From an uncultured Acidobacteriota bacterium (GTDB taxonomy: Bacteria; Acidobacteriota; UBA6911; RPQK01; JAPXNP01), in assembly GCA_963777605.1 (NCBI GenBank), contig CAVZRV010000011.1, positions 384,001-448,000 of the forward strand: DNA of 64,000 nucleotides. Reading direction: 5' to 3'. Within the stretch, counting starts at the first letter, position 1, and every line of letters begins with the position of its first letter. The notes below the pieces were generated by a model. The model worked only from the letters and a program-made list of their open reading frames with translations, ran no database searches and was not told the origin of the DNA. Positions 39,680 to 48,460 of this stretch are shown here, piece by piece. Both the position numbers and the translations under genes were made by a program.

Positions 39680-40600
39680 ATGCAGATGGCAAGATTCGCA
39701 GTCTGCCTCAGCCTCGCCCTGCTCGGGACGATCGGCAGGGTTGCCCCTCAGGACCGGGACGAGCCAATTCGGGTTGAAGTCGAAGCAGTCAACGTACTGA
39801 TCACGGTTACCGATAAAGATACCGGTAAATTCATCAAGGATCTGACCGCGGAGGATTTCGAGATCCTGGAGGACGGCGTCCCCCAAAAGATCACGAACTT
39901 CAGCAGCCAGACCAATCTGCCCCTCACGATCGCACTCTGCGTCGATACCAGTTCGAGTGTCAAGCTGAAGCTGGACTTCGAGAAGGAAGCCGCCCTCGAC
40001 TTCCTTTTCACGATCGTGCGTCCAACCGACCGTGCCCTCCTGGCGGAATTCGACACCGGAGTCACACTGCTGCACGACTACACCTCCAACCCGAATGACC
40101 TGGCCAAGGAAGTCAAGGACCTCCGGGCGGGGGGTGGGACGTCCCTTTTCGACGCAATCTATCTGATCTCGGAGCAGAAGATGCTGTACGAGACCGGCCG
40201 CCGTACCATGGTGATCCTCTCTGACGGAAGCGACCTCACCAGCACGCACACCTTCGAAGAGGCCCTGCGGATGGCCCAGCGGGCCGAAGTGGCCATTTAT
40301 GCTGTCAGCACGACCCATTTCGGCGCGGATGTTGATCACGAAGGGGACAATTCCCTCAAACAGATGACGGACAGCACCGGGGGCCGTGTCTTCTTCCCCT
40401 ACTCATCGACTCAATTCACCAAGGCATTCGGGGAGATCGAGGAAGAGTTGCGCAGCCAGTACAACATCGCCTACGAGCCGGCCTCAAAGCTCCGTAACGG
40501 AGCATTTCGCGAAATTGAAGTCAATGTGAATCACCCCAACGTGCTCGTCCGCCATCGTCAGGGCTACTATGCAGCCATTCCCGGACAGCCGGCACCCTGA
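39680..40600 (+). CDS. secreted VWA-domain protein (acidobacterial VWFA-related type)
   Basis: Signal peptide; VTDK.GKFI.DL..EDFEILEDG, DTSSS (MIDAS), GGTSLFDAI, LSDG.D, TGG, ELRSQY.I.Y, RQGYYA. Confidence 0.88.
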   Translation: MQMARFAVCLSLALLGTIGRVAPQDRDEPIRVEVEAVNVLITVTDKDTGKFIKDLTAEDFEILEDGVPQKITNFSSQTNLPLTIALCVDTSSSVKLKLDFEKEAALDFLFTIVRPTDRALLAEFDTGVTLLHDYTSNPNDLAKEVKDLRAGGGTSLFDAIYLISEQKMLYETGRRTMVILSDGSDLTSTHTFEEALRMAQRAEVAIYAVSTTHFGADVDHEGDNSLKQMTDSTGGRVFFPYSSTQFTKAFGEIEEELRSQYNIAYEPASKLRNGAFREIEVNVNHPNVLVRHRQGYYAAIPGQPAP

Positions 40601-40615
40601 CCTGGAACTGCGATC

Positions 40616-40650
40616 TGGGATGAGTTGGATGAACTGGTGAACTGGATGTG
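40616..40650. repeat. degenerate 8-9-nt tandem repeat (YTGGATGAA-like)
   Basis: tgggatgag ttggatgaa ctggtgaa ctggatgtg just downstream of the VWA gene. Confidence 0.4.
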
Positions 40651-40768
40651 TTTGGGTCGGGATTGAGGCGATCGGTGGAGAGCCAGGGGCGCGATTATCG
40701 ACTGGATCCTGGTTCCTGGTCAGGTGCCAGACTTGGATGAGTGATGATCACAGGATCGGCGCCGGGCT

Positions 40769-40945
40769 GGCCCCTGAAGGGGGCCTGTTTCCAGCCCAGG
40801 CATTTGCCTGGGTTCACGGCGCACCCATCAAGAATCTAGCCCTGTAGCGGGGGCTGCACACCTCTCCGGACGAGAGGAATCCGGCGCGACCTTACAGGCC
40901 GCAATCACCGTGACGGAACCCCGGATCCAGGGCAAGCCCTGGGCT
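40769..40945. repeat. REP/REPIN-like composite palindromic element
   Basis: Hairpins GGCCCCT-GAA-GGGGGCC (40769), AGCCCAGGCA-TT-TGCCTGGGTT (40793), TAGCCCT-GTAGCG-GGGGCTG (40837), GCGACCTTACAGGCCGC (40886) and CCAGGGC-AA-GCCCTGGGCT (40927), arranged as nested inverted copies. Confidence 0.6.
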
Positions 40946-41082
40946 AAAACCAAGGCGCCGTGGACGTGTGCCGGGGGCCCAGGTTCACCCTTCGAATGGT
41001 ATCCGCAGGGCGGCGGGGCAGACTCGAAGCGCCTGTAACGCGGTACGCGGCCTAGTTTGAGGGCCAAAGAAGCTGAGTGAAG

Positions 41083-41124
41083 GTGCGCCGGGTGACATCT
41101 CCAGAAGACGTCATCCCGGCGCAT
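41083..41124. terminator. GC-rich hairpin, possible terminator for the converging transcripts
   Basis: gtgcgccggg-tgac...gtca-t-cccggcgcat; only a weak pyrimidine tail on the minus strand. Confidence 0.35.
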
Positions 41125-41177
41125 GGATTCCGGAATTAGCTTAATTGAGGTCTCGACGACCGGGTCCTCGCCAGGAG

Positions 41178-41339
41178 CTACTTCACAGGCCTGCGAGGTG
41201 TGGAGTGAGTGACCGGAACCCGGCTTGCCTCCAGTTCGTCCAGCCAGGAATCACTGTTCCCGGATTTGCGCAAAGATTGAAACCCGATTCCTGCGGTCAC
41301 TGCAACGGTCACGATAAAGGCGAATATTGTCAAAGTCAT
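41178..41339 (-). CDS. small single-TM hypothetical protein (53 aa)
   Basis: MTLTIFAFIVTVAVTAGIGF hydrophobic helix then a polar tail; co-oriented 55 nt downstream of the GT2 gene. Confidence 0.5.
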   Translation of the reverse strand: MTLTIFAFIVTVAVTAGIGFQSLRKSGNSDSWLDELEASRVPVTHSTPRRPVK

Positions 41340-41394
41340 ATCAGTCCATTCCGTTTTGGGCTCTCTCACTTCACTTAGATGGCAGCAAGGGCAA

Positions 41395-42279
41395 TTAAGT
41401 TCGGCCGTCCGCGAAAGAAATCGGATTCCGACCGGAGAACATCTTCTCCCACGTGGCGGCCAAGAAGGCGTATTGTCCGGCTTGGCAGGGCTTCCCCCGG
41501 TTGGAGAACCCTTGCTCCAGGATGCGCGACTTGCGGACGATCTCCCCAGCTGTCCAGAGCCTCTGCTCCGGCGTCAGCGATTCCTGGACGAATACTTTGA
41601 GGAGTGCCCGAACCCGAAACCGGTCCAATCCCCAGGTACTGTGTGAGAGTTGATCGAGGTGCCCTCCTACTTTCTCGATCAGCAGTTCATCCAGGAATCG
41701 AATCGGATAGCGTGCCGCAAGGCGTAGCCAGAGTTCGTAGTCTTCGCAGACCACGAATGATTCGTCGAAACGACCGATCTCGTTAATGAGCTGTCGCTCC
41801 AACATGATCGAACTGGGGGAGATAATGCAAAGCGGTAGACACCACCTGAAGATCGCCCCCGAGTATTTCTGATGTCGGTGGCGCTGGTTCACCCTCCTAC
41901 CGTGTCGGTACCAGATTTCATTGGTATAGACGGCACGCCATTCCGGTTCTGCCTCGAGGACTTCCAACTGGCGTGCCAACTTGCGGGGAGTCCAACGATC
42001 ATCGCTGTCGAGGAAACAGATCCAGCGAGCGCAGGACTGCGCGATTCCAGCATTGCGCGCCGCACTGACTCCTCGATGGGAAGCCGGGAGATACCGAATT
42101 CGCCGGTCGGAAATCGTGCGTACGGCAAATTCAGTGTCGTCGGTCGAACCGTCATCGACCACAATGAGTTCCCAGTCTTCGAAAGTCTGGTCTTGCACCG
42201 AACGGATGGCTTCGACGAGGCGGGAAGCCCGGTTGAACGTCGGGATGATGACACTAACTCGAGGACGGTTGCTGGTCAA
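41395..42279 (-). CDS. family 2 glycosyltransferase
   Basis: VSVIIPTFNR, VVDDGSTD, GVSAARN, FLDSDD, EDYELWLR; start overlaps the stop of the upstream GGDEF gene. Confidence 0.92.
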   Translation of the reverse strand: MTSNRPRVSVIIPTFNRASRLVEAIRSVQDQTFEDWELIVVDDGSTDDTEFAVRTISDRRIRYLPASHRGVSAARNAGIAQSCARWICFLDSDDRWTPRKLARQLEVLEAEPEWRAVYTNEIWYRHGRRVNQRHRHQKYSGAIFRWCLPLCIISPSSIMLERQLINEIGRFDESFVVCEDYELWLRLAARYPIRFLDELLIEKVGGHLDQLSHSTWGLDRFRVRALLKVFVQESLTPEQRLWTAGEIVRKSRILEQGFSNRGKPCQAGQYAFLAATWEKMFSGRNPISFADGRT

Positions 42280-44738
42280 GCGCGCTCGGACTTCTTTCCG
42301 AACTGGATTAACGAGCCGGATTCCTCTGCCTGAGCCCGATCAACCTTGTTCCGGTACATGTCGCGGTCGGCCTTGGCAACCAGTTCATCGTGAACAATCC
42401 CATCGGCGGGAAAGGTCGCCACACCGATGCTGATCCCCAAGCCAACGTCCTCTCCTTCGATATTGATCAGGGGGCGCCCTTCAAAAGCCGCCTGAATACG
42501 AGCGGCAGCCTGGCGTCCGAGGGTGTTGTCCAACCCGGGAAGGACGGCCAGGAACTCGTCTCCGCCATAGCGCAGGCAGGTGTCCGACCGCCGCAACTGA
42601 CTGCGCAAGAGTCGTCCGACTTCGACCAGCATGGAATCACCGTTCTTGTGACCAAAACGATCGTTCACCGTTTTGAATCCGTCCAAGTCCATCATCAGAA
42701 TCGAAACCGGGCAGCCGACCCGCTTGGCCCGCTTCAATTCCTCCCCAATAAAGATGCTGAAATAGCGGATGTTCGGCAAGCCCGTGAGGGCGTCCGTGTA
42801 GGCGTCCTCCTGGGTTTCCTCGTAGATCACGGCATTGCTGATTGCCGCGGCAGAGTGGGGAGCGATCGCCTCCATCAGGCGAAGGTGCTGATCATTGTAG
42901 GTGTCCGGCCCGTCTGAATAGAGCGTAATCACGCCAACGACACTGGTTTCCATTGAAAGAGGCACCGCGAGGCAACTCTTGAACGCCTGTCGGAGAATTT
43001 CGATGTGGGGGAAATCGAGCTCCGGGGACACGTTGATAAGGGCTTTATTGTGTGCCGCTACCCACCCGGTCACCGACTCGCCCACCTTGATCTCGACTCC
43101 CTCAAGCACGTCCTTGTACATTCCGCTGACGTGGTGAGGCAAAAGGCGATCGTCGTCGGTACTCGCCAGGTAGACCGAGCAGGCCGAATAGGGGACGAAT
43201 CGCTTGATGCGTCCCGCCAGGTAGGCAAGGGTCTCCTTGATACTGAGCGAGCGGCCGATGTTCTGGGAAATCTCGTAGACGGCCTGCATCTCCCGGTGCG
43301 TCGATGCAATGTCGTGGAAAACGGTCCGCTTGATCCGGAGCTCCTGGGGAATCCGCTCGAGAACCGCCACTCCCAACGCCGACGAGCCGGGGAGGACCAT
43401 TTCTTCCGCCTGTTCGGCTGCCTCCTCGAGTTTACCGATGTTCTTCAGGAAAACCGTGACGATACGGGGGTCAAAGGCTCGGCCAGCCTCCTGCTTGATG
43501 AAGTCAAATGCAAGTTCGCGGCTCAGCTTCGGTCGAAATGGACGATCCGACCGCAGTCCAAAATAGCAGTCCACGACTGCAAGAATCCGTGCTCCCAGGG
43601 GAATGCCCTCCCCCTTGAGTCCATTCGGGTACCCTGAACCGTCCCAGCGTTCGTGATGGTGGCGGACGAAAGGAGCCACCGGGTAAGGGAACGGGACCGT
43701 CTCCAGGATGTCGGCCCCGACTGACGGATGGTTGCGCACTTTTGCCGCCTCGGCTTCGGACAACTTGCCCGGCTTGTTCAGGATGTATTCCGGTACCGCC
43801 AGCTTGCCGATGTCGTGGAGAAGGGATGCCGCTCGCAAGCCCTTCAGGATGTCTTGGTCTTCGATCGCCAACTCCTCCGCCAGTGCCATCGCCATGGCGC
43901 GCACTTTCTGGATGTTGCCGAAGGAACTATGCTCTTTGGCGTCAATCGCCATCGCCAGAGAGGTGATCGTCGCGTGATAGAGATCGTCGAGGTCATCCAG
44001 GTGCTGGCGTGCCAGGTCGATCCGCTTCAGGTTCATCTTGTAGGCGTAGTAGATAACCAGGATGATCGGCACTGTCACGGCAAATGCGAAAAACGGCGTG
44101 GTGCGGAAGTTGAGGAAAATGATCGCCGCCCCGGCCGCCCCCGCAACATTGGTCAGCGAGGCCCAGAGCAGGTTTTCCGAAAAAACTCGCCCCACCCTCT
44201 GTCCGGTTGCCAGCCCGACCGCCAGGGAGACCGATCCGGAATTGAGAAAGAAGTGGAGGAGGGCGCACAGTCCGAGGTTGAGAAAAAGCGTCACGCTTTC
44301 AACCGCGGAAGGATCCAGTGGCGGAGGCTCGCCGATCAAGCCGTAGAAGACGTGTCCGACCAGCCAGGTTGAGAGCGCCAACTGAGAGAGATTGAACAGC
44401 ACCCGGTAGGGCTTACGGGTACGATCGGCCCTGAGCGCGGCCAGGGAACCGTCCAGGACCGAAAGGAGGACGGCAACCTCAGGCGAGTAGAGGAGGATCG
44501 CCGAAAAAATGAAGATGTCGCTGACCGTGATTGTCAGCGAGTTGTTCTTTCCTCGCAGGAACGGCAACCGCACGGGGAAGACACCCGAAACGGCGGTCGC
44601 CAGTGCCAGAAACAGCCACCTGAAGTCTCCCGAGAAGGCCAGAAAACAGGAGTATGCAAGGACACCCATCCCTGCAATGCTTACAGCGGTGAGCAGGGCC
44701 CGAGCTTTGGCGTTGATGCTCTCGTCGAAGAACTTCAT
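42276..44738 (-). CDS. membrane sensor with HD-GYP, GAF and GGDEF domains
   Basis: Multi-TM N-terminus; LHDIGK...HHERWDGSGYP; GAF (GESVTGWVA..LAVPL); TDALTGLPN, DLDGFKTVNDRFGH, RRSD-TCLRY-GGDEF. Confidence 0.92.
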   Translation of the reverse strand: MKFFDESINAKARALLTAVSIAGMGVLAYSCFLAFSGDFRWLFLALATAVSGVFPVRLPFLRGKNNSLTITVSDIFIFSAILLYSPEVAVLLSVLDGSLAALRADRTRKPYRVLFNLSQLALSTWLVGHVFYGLIGEPPPLDPSAVESVTLFLNLGLCALLHFFLNSGSVSLAVGLATGQRVGRVFSENLLWASLTNVAGAAGAAIIFLNFRTTPFFAFAVTVPIILVIYYAYKMNLKRIDLARQHLDDLDDLYHATITSLAMAIDAKEHSSFGNIQKVRAMAMALAEELAIEDQDILKGLRAASLLHDIGKLAVPEYILNKPGKLSEAEAAKVRNHPSVGADILETVPFPYPVAPFVRHHHERWDGSGYPNGLKGEGIPLGARILAVVDCYFGLRSDRPFRPKLSRELAFDFIKQEAGRAFDPRIVTVFLKNIGKLEEAAEQAEEMVLPGSSALGVAVLERIPQELRIKRTVFHDIASTHREMQAVYEISQNIGRSLSIKETLAYLAGRIKRFVPYSACSVYLASTDDDRLLPHHVSGMYKDVLEGVEIKVGESVTGWVAAHNKALINVSPELDFPHIEILRQAFKSCLAVPLSMETSVVGVITLYSDGPDTYNDQHLRLMEAIAPHSAAAISNAVIYEETQEDAYTDALTGLPNIRYFSIFIGEELKRAKRVGCPVSILMMDLDGFKTVNDRFGHKNGDSMLVEVGRLLRSQLRRSDTCLRYGGDEFLAVLPGLDNTLGRQAAARIQAAFEGRPLINIEGEDVGLGISIGVATFPADGIVHDELVAKADRDMYRNKVDRAQAEESGSLIQFGKKSERA

Positions 44739-44904
44739 TTAGAGTAACCTGCACGCCCCCCAAACCGGATCAACCGATAGTTTATAGCAATCCGCTTCGT
44801 TTCCGACAACCGTAATTTTCCCCTACTTCGGTGTCAGGTGAAAACATGAGACTCCTGTATATTGATTCGTCACCTCCCGGACGTTTCCGGGAGAAGGGAT
44901 CGGT

Positions 44905-45930
44905 ATGGGAAGTCGAGGACAGGTTCCAAGCGGCATCAAAGGGCCAGGCGCCCCCACCTGGATGTTGGTCGCGGCGTTCGCGGCCGTGTACTTTATCTGG
45001 GGATCGACGTACCTCGCGATCCGGGTGGCCATCGAGACTGCACCTCCCTTCCTGATGGCATCGGCAAGGTTCCTGACTGCCGGGACGATTGTCTTTGGAT
45101 TCACCTACCTGAAGACCCGGACCCTCCCGACATGGCGGGAATGGGCCTGGGCCGGACTGGTCGGCGGACTGATGCTCGGGGGAGGAAACGGAGGGGTTGT
45201 CTGGTCCGAGCAGTGGCTGCCTTCTGGAGTGGCCGCCCTCATCGTTGCCTCAGTGCCGTTCTGGATGGTGATCCTCGACTGGTTTTCCGGGCGTGGCGGC
45301 GCTCCGTCAGGCAAGACTCTGCTCGGACTGGTTGTCGGGTTCATTGGAGTCGGTATTCTGGCGGGAGGAGATTACGCTCCCGACGCCCTTCGTCTCCGGT
45401 GGCTGCCTGTAGGCGTTCTTCTCGGGGCATCCTTTTCGTGGAGCCTGGGTTCGTTGATCTCGAGGACCGCCGGGCTGCCGAAGTCACCGGTGAGGTCTAC
45501 CGGAATGCAGATGCTGGGGGGAAGCGTCATGCTTTTCTTCATGGCGCTGGCAAGAGGTGAGTTTCAGGGACTCGACATACAGGCACTTTCCCTGAGATCG
45601 ACCTTGGGCTGGGGGTATCTCGTCATCTTCGGTTCGATTGTGGCATTCAGTGCCTACGTCTGGCTGCTGCGGGTTACTTCGGCAGCCAATGTATCGACTT
45701 ATGCCTTTGTTAATCCGGCCGTGGCGGTGGTGGTTGGGTGGCTGTTGGCAGGGGAGGAACTCACTCTCCGGATCGGCATGGCTACCGGACTGATCGTGTT
45801 GGCGGTCCTGCTGGTAACGATCCGACGGCGAAAGCGACTCCGGGTCCCGGAGATCCGGGAGGATCGCCCCGAAGCCGACGAGGGCCCCACGCGAAAACCT
45901 CGCGCGGGGCAATCCCGTTCTCTCTTCTGA
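44905..45930 (+). CDS. EamA/DMT-family exporter (YedA-like)
   Basis: VYFIWGSTYLAIR, PPFLMASARF, GSIVAFSAYVWLL, STYAFVNPAVAV; about ten TM helices. Confidence 0.92.
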   Translation: MGSRGQVPSGIKGPGAPTWMLVAAFAAVYFIWGSTYLAIRVAIETAPPFLMASARFLTAGTIVFGFTYLKTRTLPTWREWAWAGLVGGLMLGGGNGGVVWSEQWLPSGVAALIVASVPFWMVILDWFSGRGGAPSGKTLLGLVVGFIGVGILAGGDYAPDALRLRWLPVGVLLGASFSWSLGSLISRTAGLPKSPVRSTGMQMLGGSVMLFFMALARGEFQGLDIQALSLRSTLGWGYLVIFGSIVAFSAYVWLLRVTSAANVSTYAFVNPAVAVVVGWLLAGEELTLRIGMATGLIVLAVLLVTIRRRKRLRVPEIREDRPEADEGPTRKPRAGQSRSLF

Positions 45931-46108
45931 CTTGATGTTGCCTCGATCAGGACTCCGACTCAGTCGGTCCAATGGACAATTCGCATCTCGTCATTTCCGC
46001 CCAGAATCGTCGTGCTGGTTCCATCGGTCCAATGAATGATGTTGAGCTGCTTTTCCATGATCCTATCTCCCAAAACTTAAATATTCCGATTTCTCAATTA
46101 GACTTGCC

Positions 46109-46629
46109 GTCGGTCCAAATCACCTGGTCCGCCCAGATGGTCTGGTCGCTCCAAATCACCTGGTCCGTCCAAATCAGCTGGCTCGACCGTACGTTCTCAT
46201 CCGTCCAGATCACCTGGTCCGTCCAGATCACCTGATCGGTCCAGATCGCCTGACTCGATCTCACGTTCTCATCGGTCCAAATCACCTGGCTCGACCGCAC
46301 ATTCTCATCGGTCCAGATCACCTGGTTGGACCGAAGCGTTTCGTCGGTCCAGATCACCTGACTTCCCGTCAGGCTTCGATCAGTCCAGATCACCTGGCTT
46401 CCCGTCAGGCTTCGATCAGTCCAGATCACCTGGCTTCCCGTCAGGCTTCGGTCAGTCCAGATCACCTGGTTGGCGCGCACACTCTCGTCGGTCCAGATCA
46501 CCTGGTCCGTCCAGATCACCTGTCGGTCCAGATCACCTCGTCGGTCCAGATCACTTGATCGGTCCAAATCATCTGGTCCGTCCAAATCACCTGGCTCGAC
46601 CGCACGTTCTCATCCGTCCAGATCACCTG
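46109..46629 (-). repeat. coding tandem repeat: 20 QVIWTD-type hexapeptides plus 9 hexapeptide spacers (C-terminal tail of the S8 protease)
   Basis: 18-nt unit cag gtg atc tgg acN gaY. The span is 521 nt, i.e. 29 x 18 minus 1, consistent with one missing base near 46522. Confidence 0.95.
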
Positions 46630-48225
46630 TGAAACACCCAGGGCATCGCGGTACCAGTCGATTCCGTCTCCCCAGAGTCCCCAGTAGCCGGTTCTGCCAA
46701 TCATGGGGCTGAATACAACCTTGTTGCCGTATGCGAATGCTCCACCCGGCAGCACGATTTCGTCATCGACTTTCCACGCCGGAGTCGGTGGGGACGTGAA
46801 TCGATGAGTCTGCACATCGATCTTTGATGCCAGATCGACGGAAGCCATCACATTGATCAACCCGTTCCCCTGTTCAAGAACGTGCGGTTGTTCGAGTTTG
46901 ATCGCGGTCAGAAACAGAAGGAACTTGACCGCATTCGCATTCAGTTCGGGATTGGCCTGGTACATCAGGGCCGCGGTTCCTGCAGCGAATGCGGTCGCCA
47001 CGCTCGAGCCACTCAAGGTGATATAGCGGGCCGAATCTCCCACGATTCGGTCTCTGAATTGGCGGCCGGCCCAACTGCCGGGAGCCAGGGGCACCGGAAC
47101 ACCATTGCCGGGGGCAGTCAAATCCGGTTTGAACAGCCCGTCCACATACGTTGGCCCCCGCGAAGCATACGTGGTCGCCGTGTCGTCCGAGTGCCCCGCC
47201 GTTCCGTGCGTGTTCATCGCCGAGATGGTGATCGCGGCAGGGTCGTTACCGGGGCTCGTGATCGCTCCCCAGATCTCCGAGTACTCCTCGGTCTTCCCCA
47301 GGTTTCCGGCCGAGACGAAGGTGGAAATCCCCGCCTGCGCCAGCCGTTCAACGGCTTTGCAAAGCGGATCGTCCCGATAGGAATCCATCGGAGGATGGCC
47401 AAGAGACATCGAGGCAACTCGAACACCCAGGCGATCGCGGTTTTCGACCAGCCAGTCAATGGCGGCAATAAGACTGCTGGTCGACCCCACTCCGTCGTCC
47501 CCGATGACTTTCAGGTCTACAAAGCGTACCTCCGGAGCAACGCCGCGATAGAAGCCTCCGGGACGGTTGTCCGAAGCTCCGATAATTCCCGCCATCGCCG
47601 TTCCGTGGCCGAAGCCGTCGTGATTGTATGGAACACGGCGCGGCACGTCCCCGGTAAAGTCAACCGCTTCCAGGACTCGACTTCGATCAAGGTCCGCGTG
47701 AAATCCGATTCCGGAATCGAAGAGTGCGACAACCACGCCAGCCCCGTTAAATCCCCGCTCCTGGACCAGGTCGGCTCCGATGGCCGCCAGGTCCACAGAG
47801 GCATCGAGCGTCACTTCACGAGCGAACCGGTGCTGGGTGGGCCGGATCATGGCGTCCAGGGTGACGTACTCGACCACTCCCGAGGCCACCAGCGATTCGA
47901 TTTCATCCCGACTCAGGCGGGCCGAAATGCCGTTAATTAGAGGCAACCGACGAATCCCGCTCGAACCCCTCAGGAGAGGACTGTTCAGCAGTTCTGCCGG
48001 ATCGCCGGAAGCTCGTGCAATCACCGGGATCCGAGCCGAATCGGCCGGGCTTTCACCCATTTGCCCCAGTTGCCGCAGCAACATCGGGGAAACCCGTTCA
48101 GCGGGCGTTCGCTGCCTCGAAGAACGGGACTGGGCCTCGCCGGGAGTGCCCGCGAGCAGCCCCAGGCAGATAGTGATTACAGTTAACAAACAGACGCAAA
48201 AGGGGTGTTGATTCCGGTGTGCCAT
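46516..48225 (-). CDS. secreted S8 (subtilisin-like) serine protease; reading frame continues to 46094 after a 1-nt deletion
   Basis: GGAGG RBS before ATG 48225; signal peptide and propeptide; FDSGI (Asp), HGTAMAGII (His), SAGN (oxyanion Asn), SGSSVA (Ser). Confidence 0.92.
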   Translation of the reverse strand: MAHRNQHPFCVCLLTVITICLGLLAGTPGEAQSRSSRQRTPAERVSPMLLRQLGQMGESPADSARIPVIARASGDPAELLNSPLLRGSSGIRRLPLINGISARLSRDEIESLVASGVVEYVTLDAMIRPTQHRFAREVTLDASVDLAAIGADLVQERGFNGAGVVVALFDSGIGFHADLDRSRVLEAVDFTGDVPRRVPYNHDGFGHGTAMAGIIGASDNRPGGFYRGVAPEVRFVDLKVIGDDGVGSTSSLIAAIDWLVENRDRLGVRVASMSLGHPPMDSYRDDPLCKAVERLAQAGISTFVSAGNLGKTEEYSEIWGAITSPGNDPAAITISAMNTHGTAGHSDDTATTYASRGPTYVDGLFKPDLTAPGNGVPVPLAPGSWAGRQFRDRIVGDSARYITLSGSSVATAFAAGTAALMYQANPELNANAVKFLLFLTAIKLEQPHVLEQGNGLINVMASVDLASKIDVQTHRFTSPPTPAWKVDDEIVLPGGAFAYGNKVVFSPMIGRTGYWGLWGDGIDWYRDALGVSQVIWTDENVRSSQVIWTDQMIWTDQVIWTDEVIWTDR

Positions 48226-48267
48226 CTCCGTCCTCCAAACTGCGGTTTCGCCCAAGACCCTAACACC

Positions 48268-48284
48268 TGGACGATTTGTGCCGA
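48268..48284 (-). promoter_or_regulatory. candidate sigma54 (-24/-12) promoter of the S8 gene, with an imperfect -12
   Basis: Minus strand TCGGCACAAATCGTCCA versus consensus YTGGCACGnnnnTTGCW: GGCAC intact, CC in place of GC; 42 nt upstream of the start codon. Confidence 0.35.
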
Positions 48285-48338
48285 ATTACTGGACCATATG
48301 ATCACTTTAATGTATGGACCGGTCAAACGGAATCAACC

Positions 48339-48354
48339 TGTGTCATATGTCACA
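48339..48354. promoter_or_regulatory. palindromic operator TGTGT-CATATG-TCACA (CRP-like box or TGT-N10-ACA enhancer)
   Basis: 9/10 match to TGTGA-N6-TCACA, in the AT-rich divergent intergenic region. Confidence 0.55.
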
Positions 48355-48460
48355 CTTAACCAGTTTGTTATTGCTTTTCCGGTCAGTGGCGGATAGGATC
48401 GGAGCTCGAACTGGGGGGGGCGGCCCAAAGACTACTTGAGCGGATTGCATTTTGGGCGGG

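Noticed and set aside
40950-41125. 6S, SRP, RNase P, tmRNA or ribozyme
   Set aside because: No hallmark motifs recognised on either strand; kept only as an unexplained structured region.
44739-44830. Sigma54 promoter upstream of the HD-GYP/GGDEF gene
   Set aside because: A TTGCT is present on the minus strand but there is no GG at the required 10-nt spacing.
46109-46629. Repeat-spacer pattern resembling a CRISPR array
   Set aside because: Units are 18 nt, often adjacent without a spacer; spacers recur; variation is mostly synonymous; the array is the in-frame tail of a protease; no cas genes in the window.
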